Assembly: GCA_044224875.1 (NCBI GenBank)
Contig: JBGAJQ010000010.1
Coordinates: forward strand, 1 to 64,000
Direction: 5' to 3'
Length of the DNA stretch: 64,000 bases
DNA from: Gemmatimonadaceae bacterium
GTDB lineage: Bacteria > Gemmatimonadota > Gemmatimonadetes > Gemmatimonadales > Gemmatimonadaceae
Made by a program: the position numbers and the translations under genes. A model generated the notes under the pieces. That model saw only the letters and a list, made by a program, of their open reading frames with translations. It had not been told where the DNA came from and did no database searches. Shown here in pieces: positions 1 through 10,196 of the stretch (position 1 is its first letter; every line of letters starts with the position of its first letter).

Positions 1-1170
1 AACCTTGTTCGTACGCTCCCACGTGAAGGTGGTCGCATTGACTGTGCGCGCATCACCGTCGCCGCTGGTCCGGAAAGCAACCTTCTCCGGCTTGCGCCCA
101 AAGTGGCCATACGCTGAAGTGGCGGAGTAGATCGGCTTACGCAACTCCAGCGATTCCATGATGCCCTTGGGCGTCAGGTCGAAGCACGACTTGATCGCAC
201 GGGTTATTTCGGTGTCGGGCACGGCGCCTGTGCCGAAGGTGTCAACGCGCACAGACACCGGCTCGGCCACGCCGATGGCGTACGCCACTTGCACTTCGCA
301 TCGACGCGCCAGCTTGGCCGCAACAACTTGCTTCGCCAACCACCGCGCCGCGTAACACGCGGAGCGATCGACCTTGGAAGGGTCCTTCCCCGAGAAGGCG
401 CCGCCTCCATGTCGCCCCATTCCACCATACGTATCGACGATGATCTTCCGCCCTGTGAGTCCGGCGTCACCCTGCGGGCCTCCAACGACGAAGCGGCCGG
501 TCGGATTGATATGGAAGGTGATCTTCTTGTTGAACAGGCTCGCCGGCAGTGATGGTTCGATGATCGCCTCAATGACCGCCTTTCGGATCTTGTTATGCGA
601 GACCCCTGGGTCGTGCTGCGTCGAGACGACGATGGTATCGACCGCTATGGGTCGATCACCTTCGTACACGACGGTGACCTGGGCTTTCCCATCGGGCCTC
701 AGCCACTTGAGTTCGCCGTCCCGCCGCCGCTCGGCCAGGGCATGCGTTAGGCGGTGGGCGAGCATGATGGGCATCGGCATCAGCTCATCCGTCTCGTCGG
801 TGGCGTATCCGAACATCATTCCCTGATCCCCGGCGCCGCCTGTATCGACCCCCATGGCAATGTCCGGCGACTGCTTGTCGATCGTGCTCATGACGGCGCA
901 GGTGTGGCTGTCGAAGCCGTACGAGGCATCGGTGTAGCCGATCCGGCGAATCGTGTCGCGCACGATGCCTGGGATGTCCACCCACGTCTCTGTGGTGATT
1001 TCGCCAGCGACCACCGCGAGTCCGGTGGTGACAAGCGTTTCACAGGCGACGCGTGCCCGTGGGTCCTTGCCAATGATATGATCCAGGACCGCGTCCGAGA
1101 TGGCATCTGCCACCTTGTCCGGATGGCCCTCAGTTACGGATTCCGATGTGAAAAGCGAACGGTCAGCCAC
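1..1170 (-). CDS. metK: S-adenosylmethionine synthetase (3' end runs off the window)
   Basis: Manual translation from GTG at 1170 gives [26 protein letters not shown], with GAGDQG and [16 protein letters not shown] motifs. Missing from the ORF track because no stop lies in the window. Confidence 0.97.
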   Translation of the reverse strand, partial: MADRSLFTSESVTEGHPDKVADAISDAVLDHIIGKDPRARVACETLVTTGLAVVAGEITTETWVDIPGIVRDTIRRIGYTDASYGFDSHTCAVMSTIDKQSPDIAMGVDTGGAGDQGMMFGYATDETDELMPMPIMLAHRLTHALAERRRDGELKWLRPDGKAQVTVVYEGDRPIAVDTIVVSTQHDPGVSHNKIRKAVIEAIIEPSLPASLFNKKITFHINPTGRFVVGGPQGDAGLTGRKIIVDTYGGMGRHGGGAFSGKDPSKVDRSACYAARWLAKQVVAAKLARRCEVQVAYAIGVAEPVSVRVDTFGTGAVPDTEITRAIKSCFDLTPKGIMESLELRKPIYSATSAYGHFGRKPEKVAFRTSGDGDARTVNATTFTWERTNKV

Positions 1171-1284
1171 GGAGCGGCTCCCTTGATTGCATGAGAAATG
1201 CGCCGGCAACGAGGCCGGCGCGGTAACTAAAAAACGATACATGGGGTAGCGATGTCACACCAGCTCTCGCGAGCGGGAGTTTGC

Positions 1285-3051
1285 TCACTGGCCGAGCTGC
1301 TCCTTCAGAAAGGAGGCATCCCCGAAGGCCGCCAGCAGGCGATATCGCAGCTCGCGCTCGGCTTCTTCTGCTGTTCGGGATGACAGCGCGGCGTTCGCCG
1401 CCTCCGCAGCGAATGAGGAGCTGATGCCACGGATAATCCGTTTGACCAGCGGCACGGCCCGCGGCGACACACTGAGCTGTCGGACGCCGAGTCCAATGAG
1501 GGCGAACGCCATGAGCGGCTGTGAGGCCATTTCGCCACAAACCGAGACGTCGAGGTCGAACTGCTCGCCGATATCGACGGTGCGTCGTACCAGCCACAAC
1601 ACGGCCGGGTGCAGTGGTGTGAAGCGGGCGGCGAGGTTGGCGTTCCCGCGATCGACAGCGAGCGTGTACTGCACGAGGTCGTTGGTGCCGATGGAGAAGA
1701 ACGACACATCATTGCCGAGCGTGTGCGCGAGGAGCGCGGCGGCGGGCGTTTCCACCATAATGCCTAACGGCACGTTGTGCGCATAGGCCACGCCGCGGGC
1801 ATCCAGTTCAGCGGCGGCCTCGGCGAGCAAGCGCTTGGCCGCCGTGACCTCGTCCAGCGTCACGATCAGAGGGAGCATGATGCGAACGTCCCCGTGCAGG
1901 GCCGCGCGGAGTAGCGCCCGGAGCTGATCCTTGAACAACTCCGGTTGGTCCAGGCACATGCGGATGGCGCGCCAACCGAGGAAGGGATTGGCCTCGTGCG
2001 GGAATCCGCCGACCGGGAGCTTGTCGCCCCCCACGTCGTAGGTGCGTATCACCACCGGATGGCCCTTGAAGGCCTCAACCACGCGCACGTACTCACGGTA
2101 CTGCTCTTCCTCGTCGGGCATATCGGCACGACCCACGACGAGGAACTCGGTGCGCATGAGCCCGACCCCCTCCGCGCCGGATCTTGCCGCCACTTCCGCT
2201 TCCTCGGGGAGGTCCACGTTGGCGCGAAGCACGATGCGAACGCCATTGGTGGTGACCGGCTCCGCGGTCGCCAGCTTCAATAATTCGGCTTCGGTCTCCG
2301 CTTCGGCGACGGCTCGGCGCTTGAAGGCCTCGATCTCCGCGTCGCTGGGATTGACCACCAGCATGCCGCTCGTGCCGTCGAGCACCACCATCTCGTCGCC
2401 ACGAAGGCGCGTGGTCGCCTCGCGCAGTCCCACCACCGCGGGGAGTCCAAGCGAGCGTGCCAGGATCGCCACATGCGAGATCCTCGTGCCCTCGTCGGTC
2501 GCGATGCCGGCGATGGCGTCGCGATCCAGCTGCAACGTCAACGACGGTGTGAGGTCGTGAGTGACCAGGATCGCGCCGGTACCCTTCTCGACGGCGACGG
2601 GATCGTGGTCGGGAAGGTCCATGAGTACCGTGAGCACGCGGATCTGCACGTCCGTGAGGTCGTTCACGCGCTCACGCATCATGGGCGACGTGCTCTTGGA
2701 GAACTGCTGGCGCCACTCGAGCATCACAAGGTCAAACGCCTTCTCCGCTCCGTGATTCTGGCGGATATAGTCGATGACCTGCTGCAGCAGGTGCTGGTCC
2801 TCGAGAATCGAGACCTGGACCTCGAAGATGGCAGCCTCCTTCGGCCCGGCGTGCTTCTCGGCGCGCTCCGCCACCTGACGGAGGCGCTCCTTGGCGACTT
2901 CGACGGACGCATGCAGGCGCGCGATTTCGGCTTCCACCTGCCCGTCGTCAATGATGCGGTGCGCAACGTCCGGGAGTTCCCACTTGAGCAGCCGCACCGG
3001 CCCGACCACGATGCCGGGTGATGCGGAGATTCCCGAGAGTGCGCGTTCCAT
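1285..3051 (-). CDS. ptsI: PTS enzyme I (PEP-protein phosphotransferase)
   Basis: SHVAILARSLG phospho-His motif, EGVGLMRTEFL, EANPFLGWRAIR, SIGTNDLVQY. Start trimmed to MERALSG. Confidence 0.96.
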   Translation of the reverse strand: MERALSGISASPGIVVGPVRLLKWELPDVAHRIIDDGQVEAEIARLHASVEVAKERLRQVAERAEKHAGPKEAAIFEVQVSILEDQHLLQQVIDYIRQNHGAEKAFDLVMLEWRQQFSKSTSPMMRERVNDLTDVQIRVLTVLMDLPDHDPVAVEKGTGAILVTHDLTPSLTLQLDRDAIAGIATDEGTRISHVAILARSLGLPAVVGLREATTRLRGDEMVVLDGTSGMLVVNPSDAEIEAFKRRAVAEAETEAELLKLATAEPVTTNGVRIVLRANVDLPEEAEVAARSGAEGVGLMRTEFLVVGRADMPDEEEQYREYVRVVEAFKGHPVVIRTYDVGGDKLPVGGFPHEANPFLGWRAIRMCLDQPELFKDQLRALLRAALHGDVRIMLPLIVTLDEVTAAKRLLAEAAAELDARGVAYAHNVPLGIMVETPAAALLAHTLGNDVSFFSIGTNDLVQYTLAVDRGNANLAARFTPLHPAVLWLVRRTVDIGEQFDLDVSVCGEMASQPLMAFALIGLGVRQLSVSPRAVPLVKRIIRGISSSFAAEAANAALSSRTAEEAERELRYRLLAAFGDASFLKEQLGQ

Positions 3052-3056
3052 GAGTT

Positions 3057-3323
3057 CTAGTGCTCCCCGAAGCGCGAAGAAATGAGGGCGGCGATGGTTT
3101 CGATGGCGGAATCGGCGTCTGGGCCTTCCGCCCGCAAGGTCAGCATGGACCCACATTCGGCCGCGAGCATCATCACGCCCATGATGCTCTTGCCGTTGAC
3201 TTCCATATCGTCACGAACCAGCCGAATGTCGCTCTTGAACTTCGCGGCCGCCTTCACGATCTCCGCCGCGGGCCGCGCGTGAATGCCGTTGCTGTTGACG
3301 ATCTGCACGGTTCGCTCGACCAT
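3057..3323 (-). CDS. ptsH: Phosphocarrier protein HPr
   Basis: GIHARPA (His15) and NGKSIMGVMML (Ser46). Confidence 0.96.
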   Translation of the reverse strand: MVERTVQIVNSNGIHARPAAEIVKAAAKFKSDIRLVRDDMEVNGKSIMGVMMLAAECGSMLTLRAEGPDADSAIETIAALISSRFGEH

Positions 3324-4087
3324 CACTTCACCGCCATGTAGAGGATGAACGCGACCTGCACGAGCAGCGCACATTTCCATCCCTCGACACGGCTTTGCAG
3401 CCGGACGAGCACTACGGACCCCACCGCGATCGCCACGATGATGCCGCCAAGCAGTGTTCTCCCAGGTTCAACGATCTGCTGCACAGCGAGCGGGAGTCCC
3501 AGCCCCGCCAGCAGCGCGGCAAGGGTGCCAAGCACTTGCGGGCCCTGTCGAAGGAAGGGAGCTCCCAGTGACTGGGCGACACGGACCCCGCGCGCGAGCC
3601 CAATGCGGAGCCCCCAGACGCGCAGGGCGAGGTGACCCGCATTGTAGAGGCCGAGAAACGTGAGCGCCGTGGCCAGCGCCCCCCCGCCGGCGCCAAAGAC
3701 CAGCAGGGCCGCGATCGAGCACGCCGGCAACAGCGCCGCCCACACCAACCGGTCGCCCACGCTGCCTAACGGCCCGCACAGCGCCGTCCTGAACCGTTCG
3801 ATGCGGTCCGGGGCCTCCCCATCCAACTCGGCCCGGGCAAGCGCGCCGACCGCTACCGATGCCAGATACGGATGTGCGTTGAAGTACTGGCTCTGGCGCG
3901 CCAACGCCGCGCGATAGACCTCCCCATCCGTTCCCCCAGGAAGCAGTCGCAACGCCGGCTCCGTACAGAAGCCGATCCCGTTTCCGACCAGCGTCTCGTA
4001 ATTCCACGAGGCCTGAATGGCGAGCAGTCGCAGGAGCATCGCGGCTTGGGTACGCACGGGGACGGCGATGGCCACGTTGGTCTTCAT
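3323..4087 (-). CDS. PTS mannose/fructose/sorbose family IID component
   Basis: QASWNYE, YFNAHPY and GPLGSVGD motifs. Start trimmed to MKTNVA. Confidence 0.92.
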   Translation of the reverse strand: MKTNVAIAVPVRTQAAMLLRLLAIQASWNYETLVGNGIGFCTEPALRLLPGGTDGEVYRAALARQSQYFNAHPYLASVAVGALARAELDGEAPDRIERFRTALCGPLGSVGDRLVWAALLPACSIAALLVFGAGGGALATALTFLGLYNAGHLALRVWGLRIGLARGVRVAQSLGAPFLRQGPQVLGTLAALLAGLGLPLAVQQIVEPGRTLLGGIIVAIAVGSVVLVRLQSRVEGWKCALLVQVAFILYMAVK

Positions 4088-4764
4088 CGCGTCACGGCGA
4101 GGCCAACGCCGACGGCCAGCCCCACGGCGAAGAGCCAGCGGGCGTATGGGACTGCATGGAACACCTTCCACACGGCCGCGAGGGCGACGGAGGTTGCAGC
4201 TGCAACCACGACGGCTCGGGACAACGCCGGATTCCCCTGCAGTGTGTCGAGCACCGCACGTTGGGCCGGAATACCGACCGCCAAGCCCAGCGCCGTGAGG
4301 GCGATGCCCCGCAACAGGTCGGCCGTCAGCCCATACAATTGCAGTCCGATGACCACGCGCCGAGACCCTTGCGCCACGGCGTCATGTCGCCGATGAGCCC
4401 ACCGGGCGTTCAGACGACGCAGCTGCACCATGGACCATCCGCCCAGATAGGCGAGCGCCAGCGTCATCGTGACGCTCAGCATGAGGGCACCGGTGGTGCC
4501 GGCCTGCATGGCAAAGAGCGCGCCCCCAACGGCGGACGACGAGCCCCACTCCGGGTATCGCGACGCCCCGAACGGAAGCGTCTCCAACGCGTACAGCTCC
4601 AACGTCGCGCCAGCCAGCAACCCCGCGGCGGGCTCGCCCATGGCCGCTCCTCCCAGCGTGGCCGACACGATGGGCCGAGAGAGCATGGCCTGAGGGAAGC
4701 TGACCGTATCCAGGCCCAGGATGCCGCCCATCACGCTGAACATGGCCATCCCGACGACGCTCAT
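4084..4764 (-). CDS. PTS mannose/fructose/sorbose family IIC component
   Basis: Hydrophobic protein with LD..SFPQAMLSRPIV and GATLEL..L...PFGA. Lies between IIB and IID. Confidence 0.88.
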   Translation of the reverse strand: MSVVGMAMFSVMGGILGLDTVSFPQAMLSRPIVSATLGGAAMGEPAAGLLAGATLELYALETLPFGASRYPEWGSSSAVGGALFAMQAGTTGALMLSVTMTLALAYLGGWSMVQLRRLNARWAHRRHDAVAQGSRRVVIGLQLYGLTADLLRGIALTALGLAVGIPAQRAVLDTLQGNPALSRAVVVAAATSVALAAVWKVFHAVPYARWLFAVGLAVGVGLAVTR

Positions 4765-5252
4765 CGGTTACCCTCCCCAGAGAGCACCTCGTCGAGAGCG
4801 AGCGGACGCGCCCCTGGTACGTCCTGTGCCGTCACGATGACCCCACGGCGTGATAGCTGGCGGAGGAGCTCCTCTTCACCAGGCGACAGGAAGACGTAGC
4901 GCAATCGCTGGGTGCGACCGGCCCGATGGTGAATGCCGCCGATATTCACCGCCGGAATGCGATCCGTCGCCTCCACCAGGCGCATCATGGTTTCGATGTC
5001 AGCCGTCAGCAACAACCCTGGGCGACTGTCCGCCAGGTACGTGCCAAAGGCCTCGGCGGCCATCTGCACGGAGTCGAAGTACACGTGCATCTCCGGTGGC
5101 ACGCCCATCCGGTAGAGCTCCTGCTCCCAATCGCTGGCGGCAACCTCGTCATCGACGAGCACGATGAACTGGAGGTCGAGGGGCTGACCCCAGCCCACGA
5201 CCACCTGCCCGTGAATCAAGCGGTCGTCCACGCGGTACAGTTCAATGGCCAC
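4761..5252 (-). CDS. PTS mannose family IIB component
   Basis: RVDDRLIHGQV..GW signature. GTG start at 5252. Confidence 0.94.
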   Translation of the reverse strand: MAIELYRVDDRLIHGQVVVGWGQPLDLQFIVLVDDEVAASDWEQELYRMGVPPEMHVYFDSVQMAAEAFGTYLADSRPGLLLTADIETMMRLVEATDRIPAVNIGGIHHRAGRTQRLRYVFLSPGEEELLRQLSRRGVIVTAQDVPGARPLALDEVLSGEGNR

Positions 5253-5658
5253 GAGGCGCGCCTCCCGCCGCACTTCCCGGCACGGTGGCGGCCAGCGCGG
5301 CGCGCCCCTTCTCCGCCGCATGCCGCGCCGCGTCTCCTTCCCCCGGACCTTCCTCGGCAAACAAGAAATCGAGAAGGGCGGCAAGGTTGGTGCCCGTCAC
5401 CACGACGATCTCCGGAAGTTCACGTTGCACCCGACGAGCCGCCATCGTGCAGCTGCCCGCGGGAAGGTCGGTGAAGATCACGCGCGCTCCAGAAGTCTGG
5501 ACCGTCGTGCGCATCAACCGTTCAACGTCTGCCGCACTGAGGTCCCGGTTGGTCAAGGCGACGAAGACATCATCGCGACCCGTGATCTGCTTGACGGCGG
5601 AGAGCACGCCGGCGGCGAAGTCGCCATGACCCGCAACGATCGCGCGCGCGCTACTCAT
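5242..5658 (-). CDS. PTS mannose family IIA component
   Basis: IVAGHGDFA (phospho-His), FTDLPAGS and VTGTNL motifs. Confidence 0.9.
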   Translation of the reverse strand: MSSARAIVAGHGDFAAGVLSAVKQITGRDDVFVALTNRDLSAADVERLMRTTVQTSGARVIFTDLPAGSCTMAARRVQRELPEIVVVTGTNLAALLDFLFAEEGPGEGDAARHAAEKGRAALAATVPGSAAGGAPRGH

Positions 5659-6625
5659 CGTCCTCCACCAGGTATTGGCGCACATCGCTCGTGGCCGACT
5701 TCATGCGACCGATCAGGCGCTGGTTGAAGGACTCCGCCGCGTTCACCCCTGCGTATCGCAGCAGGTGGTTCATGGCGATCACCTCACCGATCACCGTGAT
5801 GTTCTTTCCCGGATTCAGGAAGACCGTGATGCGCGGAAGTTCGACGCCCAGAATGCTCGTCGTGTCTCCCTCGAGCCCGGTCCGGTCGGCGATGGCGTTT
5901 TCTGTCCACTCCTCCAGCTGCACCACGACCTCGATGCGCTTTTGCTGCCGAACGGCGCGTACCCCGAAAATGGCGGGGATGTCGATCAACCCAACGCCGC
6001 GGATTTCCATGAAGTGACGTTGCAGCTCATGGCCCCGGCCGATCAACACGTCAGCGCCGCGCCGCGTGCAAATCACGAGGTCGTCTGCCACCAGGCGATG
6101 GCCACGTTCCACAAGGTCGAGCACACATTCCGACTTGCCGATACCGCTCGCACCGGTGAACAGCACACCGACACCAAAAATGTCGGCCAGCGATCCGTGC
6201 AACGTGGTCGTTGGGGCAAACAACTCCTCCATGACGGGCTTGATGCGCCGATAGACCTCGGCGGTCTTGTGCGGAGACCTGAAGATCGGCACCTGATGCT
6301 CAACCGCTAATGACACCAGCGGATCCACGGGCTCCATTCCCTTCGTGATTACCACGCAAGGAATCGGGAAGGAGAAGAACTGCAGTAGGTTCCGCCTGCG
6401 CTCGTCCGCGGGGAGCGTGGAGAGGTACGTCATCTCCGTCTCGCCGAGTACCTGAACGCGTTGCGCCATGAAGCGGCCGACGAACCCAGCCAGTGCAAGT
6501 CCCGGGCTGGAGACGTCAGAATTCGCGATCGGTCGATCGTGCCCCGCCGTGCTCCCCAGCTGTTCGAGTGCGAGCGACTCGTGCAAGCGCTCGAACAGGC
6601 GGCCGACCGTGATCACCCCGCTCAC
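5651..6625 (-). CDS. hprK: HPr kinase/phosphorylase
   Basis: LHG..ADIFGVGVL, Walker A GASGIGKSE, GHRLVADD, MEIRGVGLI, PGKN. Confidence 0.96.
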   Translation of the reverse strand: MSGVITVGRLFERLHESLALEQLGSTAGHDRPIANSDVSSPGLALAGFVGRFMAQRVQVLGETEMTYLSTLPADERRRNLLQFFSFPIPCVVITKGMEPVDPLVSLAVEHQVPIFRSPHKTAEVYRRIKPVMEELFAPTTTLHGSLADIFGVGVLFTGASGIGKSECVLDLVERGHRLVADDLVICTRRGADVLIGRGHELQRHFMEIRGVGLIDIPAIFGVRAVRQQKRIEVVVQLEEWTENAIADRTGLEGDTTSILGVELPRITVFLNPGKNITVIGEVIAMNHLLRYAGVNAAESFNQRLIGRMKSATSDVRQYLVEDDE

Positions 6626-6933
6626 GCGCGGCGCGCCAGATGCGCGCGATCCTTGGCGACGCGCTTGCTGTGTGAGAGCTGCGACTGCAGGTGCTTAAGG
6701 GCAGCCGTCAACGCCGGGCCGTACGAGCGACCCTGTCCTTCGGCAACCCATCGATTGGCGCCACGGCCATGAAGAACAATCTCCACGCGACGCCCCGGTC
6801 CATCCTGCTCGAAGCGTACCGTCGCATCCAGGGAGGATGGGAACCTCTCGCTAATCTTGTCCATGGCGCGCTTGGTGCGCGAACGCATGTAGTCGCTGAT
6901 GACGGCGTGGTGCGCCTGAAACACGATATTCAC
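6622..6933 (-). CDS. hpf: Ribosome hibernation factor HPF/RaiA family protein (short form)
   Basis: About 103 aa. N-terminus NIVFQAHHAVISDYMR and C-terminal helix fit the HPF pattern, and the position upstream of hprK/PTS is typical. The sequence is divergent. Confidence 0.7.
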   Translation of the reverse strand: MNIVFQAHHAVISDYMRSRTKRAMDKISERFPSSLDATVRFEQDGPGRRVEIVLHGRGANRWVAEGQGRSYGPALTAALKHLQSQLSHSKRVAKDRAHLARRA

Positions 6934-6946
6934 AAGCAATGCCTCC

Positions 6947-8044
6947 TCAGGACAGCACGGATTGGAGGTGCGCCTCAGTCTCCTGCGCTGCACGCTCCCA
7001 CGTGAAGGTTTTTGCAAATTCGCGGCCGCGAGCACCTAACGACGTGACGAGCGCGCGGTCCGTCGCCAGTTGCCGCATGGCCGCGGCGAGCCCTGCGACA
7101 TCTCCGTGCGGAACGAGGAAGCCTGTCTCGCCGTGCCGAACGGATTCCCTGATGCCCGGCGAGTCCGATGCGACGACCGGGGTTCCACATGCCGCCGCCT
7201 CGAGATTCGTGATCCCCCACCCCTCCTTTGGCGACGTAAAGGCCAACGCCCACGCTCGACGCAACAGCGCCAACTTGCTCTCCTCGCTGATTCGCCCAAG
7301 AAACGTCACGCGATTGGTCAGGTCAAGCGACGCCACCAATCGCTCGAGCTCAGCCCGACCGTCCCCCGCCCCGGCGATTTCCAGGCGCGCCTCGCCCACA
7401 CCAAGCTGGGCAAACGCGCGAATCACCAGGTCCACGCGCTTGTAACGCTTGAGTCGTCCAAGGTAGGCGAACAAGGGCGTCGCTTCGCGCGCATCGGACA
7501 GCGGCGTGTAATAGTCGCTGTCGATGCCACAATAGATGACCTGTATTCGTTCTCGCGGAATGCCTCGCGCCACCAAGTCGTCCGCGGTGCTTTGCGAAAT
7601 CACCTGAAACGGCGCGCCCCGGTATACCCAGGGAATGGGACGTTCCGCCAGCCAAACGACGGACGCGACGGGAGCGGGCAGCTCCTGGAATGCCGTACCG
7701 CCGAACAAGTGCGGAACCAGGCCGACGACCGGCGTGCGTCCCCACCGCGGCGTAAAGAGCGGCACCTTATTGATGTCTTCGATTATCACGTCGAAGGGTC
7801 GGTCGTGCAGGCGCTCGCGATACGCGCGCCGAGCGTGCAAGGGGAAAGAGTAACGTGTCCCCACTCGGTGGATGCTGATGCCGTCGCGTTGGGCCGTGGC
7901 GGAACAACCGGGCCATCCGCCGCACAGGAGGTGTATCTCGTGCCCCATGACGGCCAGACGCCCAAAGATCTCGTGAAGATGGATTTCTGCGCCCCCAGCC
8001 TGGGGGTTTTCGAGATCCTGCCAATTCACGAGCAAGATGCGCAA
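6947..8044 (-). CDS. Glycosyltransferase family 4
   Basis: GGAE near the N-terminus, YLGRLKRYKRV, and the Ex7E motif EGWGITNLEAAACGTPVV. Confidence 0.93.
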   Translation of the reverse strand: MRILLVNWQDLENPQAGGAEIHLHEIFGRLAVMGHEIHLLCGGWPGCSATAQRDGISIHRVGTRYSFPLHARRAYRERLHDRPFDVIIEDINKVPLFTPRWGRTPVVGLVPHLFGGTAFQELPAPVASVVWLAERPIPWVYRGAPFQVISQSTADDLVARGIPRERIQVIYCGIDSDYYTPLSDAREATPLFAYLGRLKRYKRVDLVIRAFAQLGVGEARLEIAGAGDGRAELERLVASLDLTNRVTFLGRISEESKLALLRRAWALAFTSPKEGWGITNLEAAACGTPVVASDSPGIRESVRHGETGFLVPHGDVAGLAAAMRQLATDRALVTSLGARGREFAKTFTWERAAQETEAHLQSVLS

Positions 8045-8476
8045 TCACAATCTCCCGAGCTTTCGCGCCAGCGCATCGAGCACACCGTTCACGAATCGTG
8101 CACTCTCGTCGCTGCCAAAAAGCTCGGCGAGCCGCACGGACTCCTGGATGGTCACGCGCCCCGGAATCTCTCCACGCGACAACTCGGCTGCCCCCAGCCG
8201 GAGGAGACATCGCTCGATGGCGCCCAAGCGCTCCAATCGCCAGTTGGTCGTCACGTCAGCGAGCTGGGCGTCGATGGATTCGCGGTGGGCGTCCAAGGCG
8301 CGCAGCAAGGGAGCGGCGAACTCGCGCTCTTCAGCTCCAACTGACAGGTCGTCCCAGAGCCTCTGCGTGGTGCTTAGCAGCGAACCGGCGCCAATCATGT
8401 CCCACGCGTATAGCGCCTGGAGCGCGCGGGCGCGCGCGCGCCGGCGCATGCGCTGGTCACGCCTCGTCAGCCGCAT
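8045..8476 (-). CDS. nusB: Transcription antitermination factor NusB
   Basis: RRRARARALQALY, NWRLERL and FVNGVLD. Directly downstream of ribH. Start approximate. Confidence 0.93.
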   Translation of the reverse strand: MRLTRRDQRMRRRARARALQALYAWDMIGAGSLLSTTQRLWDDLSVGAEEREFAAPLLRALDAHRESIDAQLADVTTNWRLERLGAIERCLLRLGAAELSRGEIPGRVTIQESVRLAELFGSDESARFVNGVLDALARKLGRL

Positions 8477-8936
8477 CCAATCGTGCGAAGAGGTCGGCCA
8501 TTTCCAGCGCCGCCATGGCAGCGTCCCAACCCTTGTTGCCGTGTTCCCCACCGGCGCGTGCCTCGGCCTGCGCCATGTCGTCGCAGGTCAACAACCCGAA
8601 GCCGATCGGCAGGTCGTATTCCGACGACAGGGCGGCCAGGCCACGCGACGCCTCGCCGGCCACAAAGTCGAAGTGCGGCGTGTCGCCGCGAATCACGGCG
8701 CCTAGCGCCACGATGGCGTCGTAGCGGCCTGCCGCGGCCAGGCGACGTGCCACAACCGGCAGCTCCCACGCCCCAGGCACCCAAACCACATCCACGTCGT
8801 CGAGGGCTGCACCATGCCGCGTCAAAGCGTCCAGCGCCCCGTCGTGCAATGCTTGTGTGATCCGTTCGTTGAAGCGTGAGACGACGACGCCGAATCGTCG
8901 GCCTGTCCCGTTCGGAGTTCCGATGAATTCCGCCAT
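8457..8936 (-). CDS. ribH: 6,7-dimethyl-8-ribityllumazine synthase
   Basis: VSRFN, VPGAWELP, GAVIRGDTPHFD, GNKG. Confidence 0.97.
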   Translation of the reverse strand: MAEFIGTPNGTGRRFGVVVSRFNERITQALHDGALDALTRHGAALDDVDVVWVPGAWELPVVARRLAAAGRYDAIVALGAVIRGDTPHFDFVAGEASRGLAALSSEYDLPIGFGLLTCDDMAQAEARAGGEHGNKGWDAAMAALEMADLFARLDAADEA

Positions 8937-10144
8937 CAGGTCGAGAGCAGGTGCCCCATCTTCGTACGCTTTGTTTCCAGGTATCCGGCGTTCTCGTCGG
9001 TGGACGGCGCCGCGATGCGCACGCGGTCCACAATCTCCAAGCCGTAGCCCTTGAGGCCGACCAGCTTCATTGGGTTGTTCGTCAGCACGCGAATGGACTT
9101 GAGTCCGAGGTCGAGCAGGATCTGCGCGCCGATGCCGTAGTTCCGAAGGTCCGCCTTGAAGCCGAGCTTTTCGTTGGCCACCACGGTGTCATCGCCCGTG
9201 TCCTGCAACGCGTAGGCCTTGATCTTGTTCAAGAGGCCAATGCCCCGGCCCTCCTGGTCCAGATAAACCACCACACCGCGTCCCTCTCGGGCGATCATCT
9301 CCATGGCCGTGTGCAACTGCCAGCCGCAATCGCATCGCTTGGAGTGGAAGACGTCGCCCGTTAGGCACTTGGAGTGCATGCGCACCAGGACGTCCTGGCC
9401 ATCGCCAAGGTCGCCATAGACGAGGGCGACATGTTCGTGGTCGTCGACTTCATTGCGATACCCCATGATGCGCCAGCCGTCGCCTCCGATGTCGGACGGC
9501 AAGCGGGCCTCGGCCGCGCGGCGCACCAGCCGCTCGTGCTGAAGCCGGTAGGCAACGAGGTCGGCCACGGTAATGAAGGTCAACTCGTGTTCTGCGGCGT
9601 ATCGCGCCAGCTCGTCGCGGCGCATGGCGTGCCCATCGTCATTCAGGATCTCGCAGATCACGCCGGCCGGGTTGAGCCCGGCGAAGCGACAGAGATCGAC
9701 GGCCGTCTCCGTATGACCGACCCGCTGCAGCACACCGCCATCGCGCGCGCGAAGTGGATGGACATGACCGGGTGTTCGGATGTCAGCAGGCCCCTTGGAT
9801 GGATCAGCCGCGATACGGATGGTCTGGGCGCGATCGCTGGCACTGATGCCGGTGGTCACGCCGTAGGCAGGAGCAGCATCTATGCTGACGGTGAACGCCG
9901 TGCGCATGGCCTCGCTGTTCTCGGCCGTCTGCATCCGAAGGCCCAGCTGGTTCACCCGCTCGCGGGTGAGCGCCACGCAGATCATGCCCTTGGCCCGCAA
10001 CATGAAATTGACCATCGGTGGCGTGACCAGCTGGGCCGCGCAAATGAGGTCTCCCTCGTTCTCGCGGTCCTCGTCATCGGCCACCACGACGAATTTTCCG
10101 TCGCGGATGTCCTGTATCGCCTGTTCAACGGTTCCGAACGCCAT
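8936..10144 (-). CDS. ribBA: Bifunctional DHBP synthase / GTP cyclohydrolase II
   Basis: DDEDRENEGD, TTGISASDR, GHTE, VRMHSKCLTGDVF.S.RCDCG.QL, QEGRGIGL.NK. Confidence 0.97.
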   Translation of the reverse strand: MAFGTVEQAIQDIRDGKFVVVADDEDRENEGDLICAAQLVTPPMVNFMLRAKGMICVALTRERVNQLGLRMQTAENSEAMRTAFTVSIDAAPAYGVTTGISASDRAQTIRIAADPSKGPADIRTPGHVHPLRARDGGVLQRVGHTETAVDLCRFAGLNPAGVICEILNDDGHAMRRDELARYAAEHELTFITVADLVAYRLQHERLVRRAAEARLPSDIGGDGWRIMGYRNEVDDHEHVALVYGDLGDGQDVLVRMHSKCLTGDVFHSKRCDCGWQLHTAMEMIAREGRGVVVYLDQEGRGIGLLNKIKAYALQDTGDDTVVANEKLGFKADLRNYGIGAQILLDLGLKSIRVLTNNPMKLVGLKGYGLEIVDRVRIAAPSTDENAGYLETKRTKMGHLLST

Positions 10145-10196
10145 GTTGAATGCTAGCGGGCTACGTCTCGAAGGGTAAAGCGGTTAGCCAGCGAAT

